A stretch of DNA of 64,000 bases from an uncultured Acidobacteriota bacterium (GTDB lineage Bacteria > Acidobacteriota > Vicinamibacteria > Vicinamibacterales > UBA2999): NCBI GenBank assembly GCA_963779175.1, contig CAVZXA010000007.1, positions 91,930-155,929 on the forward strand, read 5' to 3'. This document shows positions 20,396 to 29,214 of this stretch, piece after piece. Below the pieces are notes generated by a model, which was given only the letters and a program-made list of their open reading frames with translations, did not search any database and was not told where the DNA came from. The first letter of the stretch is position 1. Each line of letters begins with the position of its first letter. The position numbers and the translations under genes are program-made.

Positions 20396-21139
20396 ATGCT
20401 GCGAGGACTCTGGCGACTCACCTGGCTCGAGGTGAAGATCTTCGTGCGCGAGCCGCTCGGCGTCTTCGGCACGGTGGGCGCGCCGGTGCTCGTCTTCCTC
20501 GCCGTGAATCGCCTGCTCGGGGGGCGCACGCGGCCGCCGGGCGCCCCGCCTGGATTGGCCGCTGACCTGCCAGTGGTCGTCGCGATGCTGGTCTCGGTGG
20601 GCGCGATCCTGTCGCTGGTCGCCATCATGGCGATCTACCGCGAAGGCGGCATCCTCAAGCGCCTGCGCGCGACGCCGCTACGCCCGCACACCATCCTCAC
20701 CGCTCACGTGCTCGTGAAGCTGCTGTTCTCGACGATCACGCTGGCCATCATGGCGCTGGCGGGGCGGCGGCTGGTGCCCGACGGCGTGGAGGCGCCGTGG
20801 CTGTCGTTCGGCGTGGCCGTCATCTTCAGCGCGGCGTGTGTGCTCTCGATGGGTTTCGTCATTGCGAGCATCGTGCCCACGGCGCGCTTCGCGCAGCCGC
20901 TCGGCGCCCTGGTGCTCTATCCGATGCTGGGGCTGTCGGGGCTGTTCGTGCCGGTCGAGGCGCTGCCGCCGGGACTGCAGTTGGTCGCGCGCGGACTGCC
21001 GTTCACCTACGCCGTGAACCTGCTGCGCGGCATCTGGCACGGCGAGAGCTGGGCGAGCCACGCTGGCGACGTCGGGGTGCTGGCGCTGGTGTTCGTGGTG
21101 AGCGCGGCGGTGTCGGCACGCGTCTTCCGCTGGGAGTAG
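20396..21139 (+). CDS. ABC-2 type transporter permease
   Basis: ATG 20396 (MLRGLWRLTWLEVKIFVREP..), six hydrophobic segments. It is the final part of the chimeric 775-aa track ORF. Confidence 0.8.
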   Translation: MLRGLWRLTWLEVKIFVREPLGVFGTVGAPVLVFLAVNRLLGGRTRPPGAPPGLAADLPVVVAMLVSVGAILSLVAIMAIYREGGILKRLRATPLRPHTILTAHVLVKLLFSTITLAIMALAGRRLVPDGVEAPWLSFGVAVIFSAACVLSMGFVIASIVPTARFAQPLGALVLYPMLGLSGLFVPVEALPPGLQLVARGLPFTYAVNLLRGIWHGESWASHAGDVGVLALVFVVSAAVSARVFRWE

Positions 21140-21157
21140 GCGGCGCGGCCGCCCCCG

Positions 21158-21649
21158 TCAGGGCTGCGTGGGCGGCGCCTGGATGACGAAGGGGACCTCG
21201 ACTTCGTGCGGTTCGCCCTGCATCGCGTAGGTGATCTTCACGTAGGCGTCGTTGCCGGGCACCGGCCGGCCCTTCGCGATCCACGACTCGCCGCTGTCGT
21301 CGATGGCGAGCGGCAGCACCTCGTCGGGCTCGCCGGGCCGCGTGATGACCATCCGCACGTTGGTCGCCACCGACGCCGGCAGCTCCGCGCGCACCGGGTC
21401 GGTGAACCAGATGCGGTGGGCGCCGTCGCGCGACAACACCACCTCGTAGTGGATGTCGCCGTTCATCAGCACCATGCCGCCCTTGTGCGGCGAGTGGTCG
21501 CCGTGCGCGCCGACCATCCCCTGATGCTGGGGATCGACCGGCGCCGCCGCCGCGGGGGCCCGGGCCGCCGGCGCGGCCGGCTGATTGGAACAGCCGGCCA
21601 GCAGCAGGGCGGCAGCCAGGCACACGAGGGAGCGCATCGACGGCGACAC
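21158..21649 (-). CDS. Hypothetical lipoprotein with His/Met-rich N-terminal region
   Basis: Lipobox LAGCS followed by PQHQGMVGAHGDHSPHKGGM. It is the last gene of the HupE-MBL operon on the - strand. Confidence 0.6.
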   Translation of the reverse strand: MSPSMRSLVCLAAALLLAGCSNQPAAPAARAPAAAAPVDPQHQGMVGAHGDHSPHKGGMVLMNGDIHYEVVLSRDGAHRIWFTDPVRAELPASVATNVRMVITRPGEPDEVLPLAIDDSGESWIAKGRPVPGNDAYVKITYAMQGEPHEVEVPFVIQAPPTQP

Positions 21650-21663
21650 GTGCGGGCGGGCCC

Positions 21664-22545
21664 TCAGGGCAGCTCTTTGTAGATGGCGGCCACGTTGTCC
21701 TTCGCGCGCGCCATCGTGTAGCTGCTGAAGGTCGCCGGCAGCGTCAGCTCGGCGGCGGCCTGCTCGGCGGTCTTGCCGGCCTTCTTCGCCGTCTGCACCG
21801 CGGTCAGGAACGCGCGCGTGAAGTCGCCGAACTCCACGAAGTCCTGCCAGCGCATCACGGTGCTGTGGCCGGGAATCACGGTGTCGACGTTCTTCACGCC
21901 GGCAATCGCCTTGGCGATGGTGTCGGGATAGCGGACGCCGCTGCCGCCGTTACCGGCGTCGAGCAGCGGTGTGCCCTTGGCCGAGAAGGCGTCGCCCGAG
22001 TGCATGACGCGCAGGGTGCGGAAGACGACGAAGGTGTCGCCATTGGTGTGCGCGGCACCGAAGTGGTAGAGGTCGATGGCGTCGTTGCCGCCGAGCACGG
22101 TCAGCTTGTCGGTGTAGGTCCGGTCGGGGAAGGCATGCTTCTTCGTGCCGTCGGCAAACGCCGGCATCTTCGCCATGCTGGTCGAGACGTTGGCATGCGC
22201 GACGACCTCGACCGACGCGGGGAAGAACTCGTTGCTGCCCACGTGATCGCCGTGGGTGTGGGTGTTGATGATGTGGGTGACGGGCTTGTCGGTCACCGTC
22301 TTCACCTTGTCCATGATCGCCTGGCCCCAGTTGGCGAGCTTGGTGTCCACCAGCACGACGCCGCTGGCGGTGACGAACACGGCCGTGTTGCCGCCGCCGC
22401 CGGTCACCATGTAGAGGTTGTCTTTCACCTTCTCGATGCCGGCCACGTTCGGACCCGAGGAGGGCTGCTGCGCGACCAGGGCGCGGCCGGTCAGGGCCAC
22501 GACGGCCACGGCGACGATCGACGACAACACGCGCGTGCGTTTCAT
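21664..22545 (-). CDS. MBL-fold metallo-hydrolase (secreted)
   Basis: ATG 22545 preceded by GGAGGGA. Signal peptide present, with INTHTHGDHVG motif. It is the C-terminal part of the chimeric 732-aa track ORF. Confidence 0.85.
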   Translation of the reverse strand: MKRTRVLSSIVAVAVVALTGRALVAQQPSSGPNVAGIEKVKDNLYMVTGGGGNTAVFVTASGVVLVDTKLANWGQAIMDKVKTVTDKPVTHIINTHTHGDHVGSNEFFPASVEVVAHANVSTSMAKMPAFADGTKKHAFPDRTYTDKLTVLGGNDAIDLYHFGAAHTNGDTFVVFRTLRVMHSGDAFSAKGTPLLDAGNGGSGVRYPDTIAKAIAGVKNVDTVIPGHSTVMRWQDFVEFGDFTRAFLTAVQTAKKAGKTAEQAAAELTLPATFSSYTMARAKDNVAAIYKELP

Positions 22546-23663
22546 GCGAGTCCCTCCGGAAAGAACACGCGCTGGATGAACCACCAGGCGCCGGCCACGA
22601 CGACCACGACAGAGCCTATCATCGCCACCCGGGCGGCGGCGAGGGCGCTGGCGCGTCGCAGCATCCCCAACGCCACCGCGCACGGCACGACGATGGCGAG
22701 CTGGCCCAGCTCCACGCCGACGTTGAAGCCGAAGAGCGACCAGCCCAGCGCTTCGCGCGGCAGCCCGAACTCCCGCAGCACCGAGGCGAAGCCGAAGCCG
22801 TGCACGAGGCCGAAGAGGCCCGCCATCCACGGGCGCAGGTCGCGGCCATCGGCCGGCGCCTGGCCGACCAGCAGGTTGTCCACGCCGACGAGCACGATGC
22901 TGAGCGCGATGAGCGGCTCGATGAGGAAGGCCGGCGGCGCGTACAGGTCGAGTGCCGCCAGCGACAGCGTCACGCTGTGGCCGAGCGTGAAGGCCGTCAC
23001 GATGAGGCCCAGGCGGGCGGCGCTGCCGCCGAGCAGCAGCAGGCCGATGAGGAACAGGATGTGGTCGGGCCCGATGAGGATGTGCTCGAAGCCCGACGGC
23101 ACGAACACCCCGAGCACGGCGCCGACGCCCTGCCAGGAACCCGCGTAGTACTCCATCGAGGGATGGCGGGCGTCGAGGATCGCCTGGTGACGCAGCGCCT
23201 CGCCCTCGTAGACGTTGATGAAGGTCTGGTGATTGGCGTCGTAGGGGAACAGTGCCGCCTCGACGCGCAGCCGGCCGGGGGCGCCGCTGGCCGCGACGCC
23301 CACCCTGAAGCGCAACCCCTGCCGCTCGGGCACCGGCGTGACGTCGGTGAGGGCGAGGGTGGCGGGTTGCCCGTCGAGCAGGAGACGCAGGCGTCCCTGC
23401 AGCACCGCTGCCAGCGCCGCCTCGTGACGGCGTGCCACCGTGGGGTCGAGCAGCGCGTCGGCGTCGGCCAGTCGCAGTTCGTAGGCGGCGTCGAGGTCGT
23501 GGACGGTCAGCGTCCCCGCAACACCGGACGGGGTGAGGCGCAGATCGAGATAGCTGAACGGGGCGGGATGGGCGGCCGCCGGGGCGACACTGAGGGCGAT
23601 CAGGGCGGCCAGGACGGGGGCAACGCGCAGCACGGCTCTCACGGCGACCGCCCGAGTGTACAT
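22542..23663 (-). CDS. HupE/UreJ-family membrane protein with N-terminal periplasmic extension
   Basis: 373-aa ORF with GFEHILIGPDHILFLIGLLLLG motif. It has a 4-bp ATGA overlap with the MBL gene. Confidence 0.75.
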   Translation of the reverse strand: MYTRAVAVRAVLRVAPVLAALIALSVAPAAAHPAPFSYLDLRLTPSGVAGTLTVHDLDAAYELRLADADALLDPTVARRHEAALAAVLQGRLRLLLDGQPATLALTDVTPVPERQGLRFRVGVAASGAPGRLRVEAALFPYDANHQTFINVYEGEALRHQAILDARHPSMEYYAGSWQGVGAVLGVFVPSGFEHILIGPDHILFLIGLLLLGGSAARLGLIVTAFTLGHSVTLSLAALDLYAPPAFLIEPLIALSIVLVGVDNLLVGQAPADGRDLRPWMAGLFGLVHGFGFASVLREFGLPREALGWSLFGFNVGVELGQLAIVVPCAVALGMLRRASALAAARVAMIGSVVVVVAGAWWFIQRVFFPEGLA

Positions 23664-23698
23664 GCGGGTCCGGCCCGAAGGGCGGTAGGATCATCTGC

Positions 23699-24949
23699 AT
23701 GACGCTTCGACTCGCCACCTTGGCCGTGCTCGTGCCGGCCCTGGCCGCCGCGCAGGCCGCCGATCCCGCCCTGGTCGCCCGGGCGCGGGGCATCCACGAG
23801 CGCGTGATCACGCTCGACACCCACGCCGACATCAACCCGCGCGACTTCACCAAGGCGCGCAACTACACCCAGCGCCTCGACACCCAGGTCAACCTGCCCA
23901 AGATGGAGGAAGGTGGTCTCGACGCGGCCTTCTTCATCGTCTACGTCGGCCAGGGCTCGCTGACCCAGGAAGGCTACGACCGCGCCTACGCCCAGGCGGT
24001 CGAGAAGTTCGACGCCATCCACCGCTTCACGAAGGAAATCGCGCCGCAGCGCATGGGCCTGGCGCTGACGGCCGACGACGTGCGGGCGATTGTCAAATCG
24101 GGCCGCAAGGTCGCGCTCATCGGCATCGAGAACGCCTATTCGCTCGGCACCAACCTGGCACGCGTGAAGGAGTTCCACGACCGCGGCGGCCGCTACATGT
24201 CGCTGGCGCACAACGGCCACAGCCAGTTCGCCGACTCGAACACCGGCGAGCGCGACGGCAAGTTCATGCACAACGGGCTGAACGACCTCGGCCGTCAGGT
24301 CATCGGAGAGATGAACACGTGGGGCATCATGGTCGATGTCTCGCACCCCTCGAAGCAGGCCAACCTGCAGGCGATCGCGCTCTCGAAGGCGCCGGTCATC
24401 GCCTCCCACTCGGCGGCGCGCGCGCTGGCGGATCACAGCCGCAACATGGACGACGAGCAGCTCGAGGCGCTGAAGAAGAACGGCGGCGTCATCCAGACGG
24501 TGGCTTTCGACAGCTACGTGAAGTTGAAGCCGCCCGATTCGGCCGAACGCGCCGCCGCGATTGCGAAGTTGCGCGTGGAGCTGGGGCTGCAGGGCGGTCC
24601 GGCGAGCCAGACCGACGCCACCCGCTCGCAGTTCCGCGCCCGCATGAACGAGATCGACAAGCAGTTCCCGCCGCCCCCGATGGCGACGGTGGCCGATTTC
24701 GTCAACCACATCGACTACCTGGTGAAGAAGATCGGCATCGACCACGTCGGCATCTCGTCCGACTTCGATGGCGGCGGCGGCGTGGCCGGGTGGAACGGCG
24801 CCGAGGAGACCTTCAACGTCACCCTCGAGCTGGTGAAGCGCGGCTATACCGAAGAGCAAATCGGCAAGCTGTGGAGCGGCAACCTGCTGCGCGTGATGGC
24901 CGACGTCGAGCGCGTCGCGCGCGAGATCCAGGCAGGTCGCGTGCGGTGA
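23699..24949 (+). CDS. Membrane dipeptidase (peptidase M19, renal dipeptidase family)
   Basis: 416-aa ORF with a signal peptide. Motifs: LDTHADIN, VDVSHPS, ASHS and GISSDFDGGGG. Confidence 0.9.
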   Translation: MTLRLATLAVLVPALAAAQAADPALVARARGIHERVITLDTHADINPRDFTKARNYTQRLDTQVNLPKMEEGGLDAAFFIVYVGQGSLTQEGYDRAYAQAVEKFDAIHRFTKEIAPQRMGLALTADDVRAIVKSGRKVALIGIENAYSLGTNLARVKEFHDRGGRYMSLAHNGHSQFADSNTGERDGKFMHNGLNDLGRQVIGEMNTWGIMVDVSHPSKQANLQAIALSKAPVIASHSAARALADHSRNMDDEQLEALKKNGGVIQTVAFDSYVKLKPPDSAERAAAIAKLRVELGLQGGPASQTDATRSQFRARMNEIDKQFPPPPMATVADFVNHIDYLVKKIGIDHVGISSDFDGGGGVAGWNGAEETFNVTLELVKRGYTEEQIGKLWSGNLLRVMADVERVAREIQAGRVR

Positions 24950-26247
24950 GCGAAGGTCCTGCCGGGCGGCTCGCCGTCCTGTTACCGCACCGGGTCGAGA
25001 CGCCGGCACAACGATCCCGGCCCGGCCGCGATCTCGTCGCCGACATCGGCTGGCGCCTGTGGCGGCTGGGCGGCTTTGCCGCGACCAGCGCTGCCGCCAC
25101 CGTCGCCGCCTATGTCGAGGGCGCCGGCGGTCCGCTGCGGCTGACGGCGTTTGTCGTCGCCGCCGCCGTGGCCGCCGCGGTGCACGGCCGCCTGGCGATG
25201 AGTTCGCGGATGGCCCGCTTCCACGTCGCGCTCAACACCGCCGTGCTGGTCGTGCTGGGCGCCGAATGGGAGATCATCGTCGCCGCGCTGGTGGCGGCGC
25301 TGGTGGCCGGTGAAGTGCTGGCCTCGCGCGCCAGTCGCGAGTCGATCGTCCCGGCCGGCCTGCTCGCCGGCGCCAGTGCGTCGGTGCTGCTCCTGTTCTG
25401 GATGCTGGCTGAATACGGCGTCGGCAGCTGGGACCGGACGGCGGCGGCGGTGGCCGGTGCGGCCGCCGGAGGACTGCTGGGCGCGCCGATGGCGCTGGCC
25501 GTGGGCCCGCTCGCCGAGTGGGCCTTCGACCACACGACCCGCATCACCATGGCCGAGTGGCTCAACTTCGAGCATCCGCTGCTGCGCGAGCTGGCCTCGG
25601 TGGCGCCGGGCACGTTCCAGCACTCGGTCAGCGTGAGTGTGCTGGCCGATGCCGGCGCGCGCGCCATCGGCGCCGATGCGTTCATCGCCAGGCTCGGCGC
25701 GCTCTACCATGACGTCGGCAAGCTGAAAGCGCCGGAGTACTTCGGCGAGAACCAGCACGGTGCCAATCCGCATACGTCGCTGCCGACGTGGGAGAGCGCC
25801 GCCATCCTGCGCGGCCACGTGGACGACGGTGTGGTGCTGCTGCGCTACTACGGCATGGAGCGGCCGCTGGCGCGCTTCGTCCGCGAACATCACGGCACCA
25901 GCCTCATGCCCGGCCTGGCGTCGCACCCGTCGGCCGGCGGCGACAACCGCGAAGCCTACCGCTATCACGGCCCGCCGCCGCAGTCGCGCGAGACGGCGAT
26001 CCTGATGATCGCCGACCAGCTCGAGGCGATGGCGCGGGTGGCGCCGCCGGTGGACGGCATCGCCTCCCTGGCGCTGGTCCGCCACACCATCGAGCGCGTG
26101 CGCGAGAGCGGCGAACTGAGCAGCGCCGGGCTGACGCCGGAAGACCTCGAGCGGCTGGTGCCGTCGTTCGGCTCGGCCCTCCAGGCGATGTACCACCGGC
26201 GTGTCGGCTACGGGAACCCGTCCACGGCGGCGGTGCCGCCCTCCTGA
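24946..26247 (+). CDS. Multi-TM HD/HDIG-domain protein (7TMR-HD, PgpH-like)
   Basis: GTG 24946 overlaps the dipeptidase stop (GTGA). The N-terminal half is hydrophobic. The C-terminal half has QHSVSVSVLA, LYHDVGK and REHHG. Confidence 0.7.
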   Translation: MSEGPAGRLAVLLPHRVETPAQRSRPGRDLVADIGWRLWRLGGFAATSAAATVAAYVEGAGGPLRLTAFVVAAAVAAAVHGRLAMSSRMARFHVALNTAVLVVLGAEWEIIVAALVAALVAGEVLASRASRESIVPAGLLAGASASVLLLFWMLAEYGVGSWDRTAAAVAGAAAGGLLGAPMALAVGPLAEWAFDHTTRITMAEWLNFEHPLLRELASVAPGTFQHSVSVSVLADAGARAIGADAFIARLGALYHDVGKLKAPEYFGENQHGANPHTSLPTWESAAILRGHVDDGVVLLRYYGMERPLARFVREHHGTSLMPGLASHPSAGGDNREAYRYHGPPPQSRETAILMIADQLEAMARVAPPVDGIASLALVRHTIERVRESGELSSAGLTPEDLERLVPSFGSALQAMYHRRVGYGNPSTAAVPPS

Positions 26248-26259
26248 GACGCGCGCCGG

Positions 26260-27105
26260 TCAGCCGACGATCGCAACCGTCGTCAGCACTCGGGCCGCGA
26301 GGGTGAGGTCGCCGTCGAGACGGCAGCGCTCCCGGGCCTCGTCGGCCGGGATGCCCTTGGTGAACACCCGCCAGGCGATGTCGTCACCGAGCGTCACCCG
26401 CGCCAGCGGCGCGTCCAGAGGGTCGGTCGTCAGCAGCCAGCGTGTGCCGTCGCGGTAGAGCCGCCACGTGCCGCCCGCCGCGCCCGTGATCTCCACCGCG
26501 AGGTGGCTGCCGTCGGGCGCCGCCAGGTCGCGGAAACTGTGGGGCAGTGCCCGCATGAAGCAGTCGAGCACGGGGTGGTAGAGGTCCCGCGTCATGATGC
26601 CGGGCCGGTCGAGCGCCAGGCGGATCTGCTGCTGGTGATGCCAGCGTTCGGTGAGCTCGCGCGCGAGGTCGAACCAGTGCGCGGAGGTCCGCTCCCCGGC
26701 CCAGCTCACCGGGAAGACGGCCGGCGCATCCGGCGCCCGCCCGGCGAACCAGGCGCGGAGGGCCTCCGAGGCCGGCTGCATCAGAGCGCGGACGACGGCC
26801 GGACTGAGACGCCCGTAGACTCCCACGCCTTCGGCGTTGGCGCGATCCACGAACGCACGCACATCGCCCGGCGCGCCCGACGCCGGGCCATCGAGCACCA
26901 CGCCGTCGCGCGCGACCGTGAGACGGCGCAGCGCCGTGTCGAGGAGATGGCCGGCGATGTGGCGGACGCGCCATCCCGGCACGATCGTCGGGCGATCCCA
27001 GTCATCCGGCCCCATCACGTCGAGCAGCGTGAGCAGGTGTGTTTCGGTGCCGTCGAGGGCGCCGAGCGCGTCGATGGGGCCGGCTGCGGCGGGCCGCGAG
27101 ACCAT
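26260..27105 (-). CDS. Maleylpyruvate isomerase N-terminal / DinB-superfamily protein
   Basis: 281-aa ORF. The N-terminal pattern ..W..PT.VPGWRVRHIAGHL.. is typical of MDMPI_N/TIGR03083-type proteins. Confidence 0.7.
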   Translation of the reverse strand: MVSRPAAAGPIDALGALDGTETHLLTLLDVMGPDDWDRPTIVPGWRVRHIAGHLLDTALRRLTVARDGVVLDGPASGAPGDVRAFVDRANAEGVGVYGRLSPAVVRALMQPASEALRAWFAGRAPDAPAVFPVSWAGERTSAHWFDLARELTERWHHQQQIRLALDRPGIMTRDLYHPVLDCFMRALPHSFRDLAAPDGSHLAVEITGAAGGTWRLYRDGTRWLLTTDPLDAPLARVTLGDDIAWRVFTKGIPADEARERCRLDGDLTLAARVLTTVAIVG

Positions 27106-27213
27106 GGCTCATGATACGCGGCGCGGCTGGTGTGCCGGCGGCCGGGTGCCGACGATGGCACATCCGCGCGTCCGCCGGCGTCCAACACTATGATGGCTTC
27201 CAGGACCTCTGCG

Positions 27214-29155
27214 ATGAGCGAGCCCCAGCAATCCACTCCGCCGCCCGAGCCGCGCCCGCCCCAGGCGCCGCCCGAGCGGCCGCCGCGGCCGTGGCGCACC
27301 GAAGGTCTGCCGCCGGTGCCGGACGCCAAGTCGAACCGGCCGAAGTGGTCGATCCTCGCGATGCTGGTTGCGGGCTACGCGGTGGTGTTCGCGATTCTCA
27401 CCGTGCAGGACCGGCTGGCCGCGCCTGAGCCGGTGCCGTACACCGAATTCAAGCTGCAGGTGGGCGGCAAGAACGTCTCGGAGTTGTTCGCGCGCGGCGA
27501 CTCGATTCAGGGCGTGCTTAAGAAGGGCGTGCCGGTGCCCGGGCGATGCGACGCGCACCTACGAGCGCTTCACCACCGAGCGGCCGACCTTCGCCAGCGA
27601 CGACCTGCTGGCGGAACTCACCGACGGCGGCGCGGCCGTGCGGGCGACGCCGCTGGTGCAGGAACGCGGCATCCTCACCAACCTGCTCATCTCGGTGGCG
27701 CCGTTCCTGCTGCTCATCGGCTTCTACGTCTGGATGTTCCGCCGGCAGCAGAACATGATGGGCGGCGGCCTGCTCGGCGGCACCCCGCGCAAGCCGGTGG
27801 ACAAAGACACCATCCGCGTCACCTTCGACGATGTCGCCGGCATCGACGAGGTGGAAGACGAGATCAACGAGATCGTCGACTTCCTGAAAGACCCCGGCAA
27901 ATACCGCAAGCTGGGCGCGCGCTCGCCCAAGGGCGTGCTGCTGGCCGGCGCGCCGGGCACCGGCAAGACGCTGCTGGCGCGGGCCACGGCCGGTGAAGCC
28001 AACGTGCCGTTCTTCAGCGCCAGCGCCTCGGAGTTCATCGAGATGATCGTCGGCGTCGGCGCCAGCCGCGTGCGCGAGCTGTTTGCCGAGGCCCGGAAGG
28101 TGGCGCCGGCGATCATCTTCATCGACGAGATCGACACCATCGGCCGCGCCCGCGGCGGCGCCCGGGCATTCGGTGGTCACGACGAGCGCGAGCAGACCCT
28201 CAACCAGATCCTGACCGAGATGGACGGCTTCTCGGGCCAGGAAGGCGTGGTCGTGCTGGCCGCCACCAACCGCGCCGACGTGCTCGATCCGGCCCTCACG
28301 CGTCCTGGACGCTTCGACCGGCAGATCATGGTGCACGCGCCCGACCAGAAGGGCCGGCTGGCCATCCTCAAGGTCCACACGCGCAAGATCCCGCTCGGCC
28401 CTGACGCGGACCTCGAGAAGCTGGCGGCCTCCACGCCGGGCATGACGGGCGCCGACCTCGCCAACCTGGTCAACGAGGCAGCGCTGCTGGCGGCGCGTCG
28501 TAACCAGGACACGGTGGCGCATCGCGATCTCACCGACGCGCTCGAGAAGGTGCAGCTCGGCACCGCGCGCAACGTCATCATTCCCGAAGCCGAACGGCGT
28601 CGCACGGCGTATCACGAAGCCGGCCACGCGCTGCTCGGCATGCTGCAGCCGGGCGCCGATCCGGTGCGCAAGGTCTCGATCGTGCCGCGCGGGCGGGCCC
28701 TGGGTGTCACGCTCTCGACGCCCGACACGGATCGCTACGGCTACGACGCCAACTACCTGCGCGGCCGCATCGTCGGCGCGCTCGGCGGCATGGCGGCCGA
28801 GCAGGAGATCTACGGCGTGACCACCAGCGGCGCCGAGAGCGATCTCGAGCACGTCACGCGGGTCGCCAAGTCGATGGTGGGGCGGTGGGGCATGTCCGAG
28901 CGGATCGGCCCGCTGTCGGTGCTGCCGCTCGAAGGCGATCCGCGCATGGCCGGCGTCTCCGAGACGCTGCTCAACGCGGTGGACGACGAAGTGCGGCGCA
29001 TCACCGAAGAATGCTACGCCGATGCGCGGCGGCTGATTCGCGAGCATCGCCCCCAGCTCGATGCCATCGTCACCGAGCTGCTCGCGCACGAGAGTCTCGA
29101 CGAGGCCGAGATTTACGGAGCGGCCGGCATCGTGCGCGAACACGCGCACGCCTGA
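27214..29155 (+). pseudogene. ftsH: ATP-dependent zinc metalloprotease FtsH with one apparent frame break
   Basis: The N-terminal TM part is in the ORF 27130.. frame (starts possible at 27190 or 27214). Walker A GAPGTGKT, Walker [31 protein letters not shown] and Zn site HEAGHAL are in ORF 27368..29155. The break is near 27536-27546 in GTGCCCGGGCG. Confidence 0.85.
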
Positions 29156-29214
29156 GCGGCCGGCAGGCTTCTGCCTCACAGTCGAGCCTCGAGCCGCGAT
29201 AAGATTCGCCGCGG

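Noticed and set aside
18812-21139. 775-aa ORF spanning GNAT, ABC ATPase and ABC-2 permease regions
   Set aside because: Only parts of it are in the true coding frames (the ATPase N-terminus and the permease). The first ~200 residues are an Arg/Ala/Pro-rich out-of-frame translation of the GNAT genes.
21664-23862. 732-aa ORF on the - strand
   Set aside because: Only the last 293 residues (MBL hydrolase, from ATG 22545 with a GGAGG) are real. The upstream part is an out-of-frame reading of the HupE-like gene, rich in R/A/P/G.
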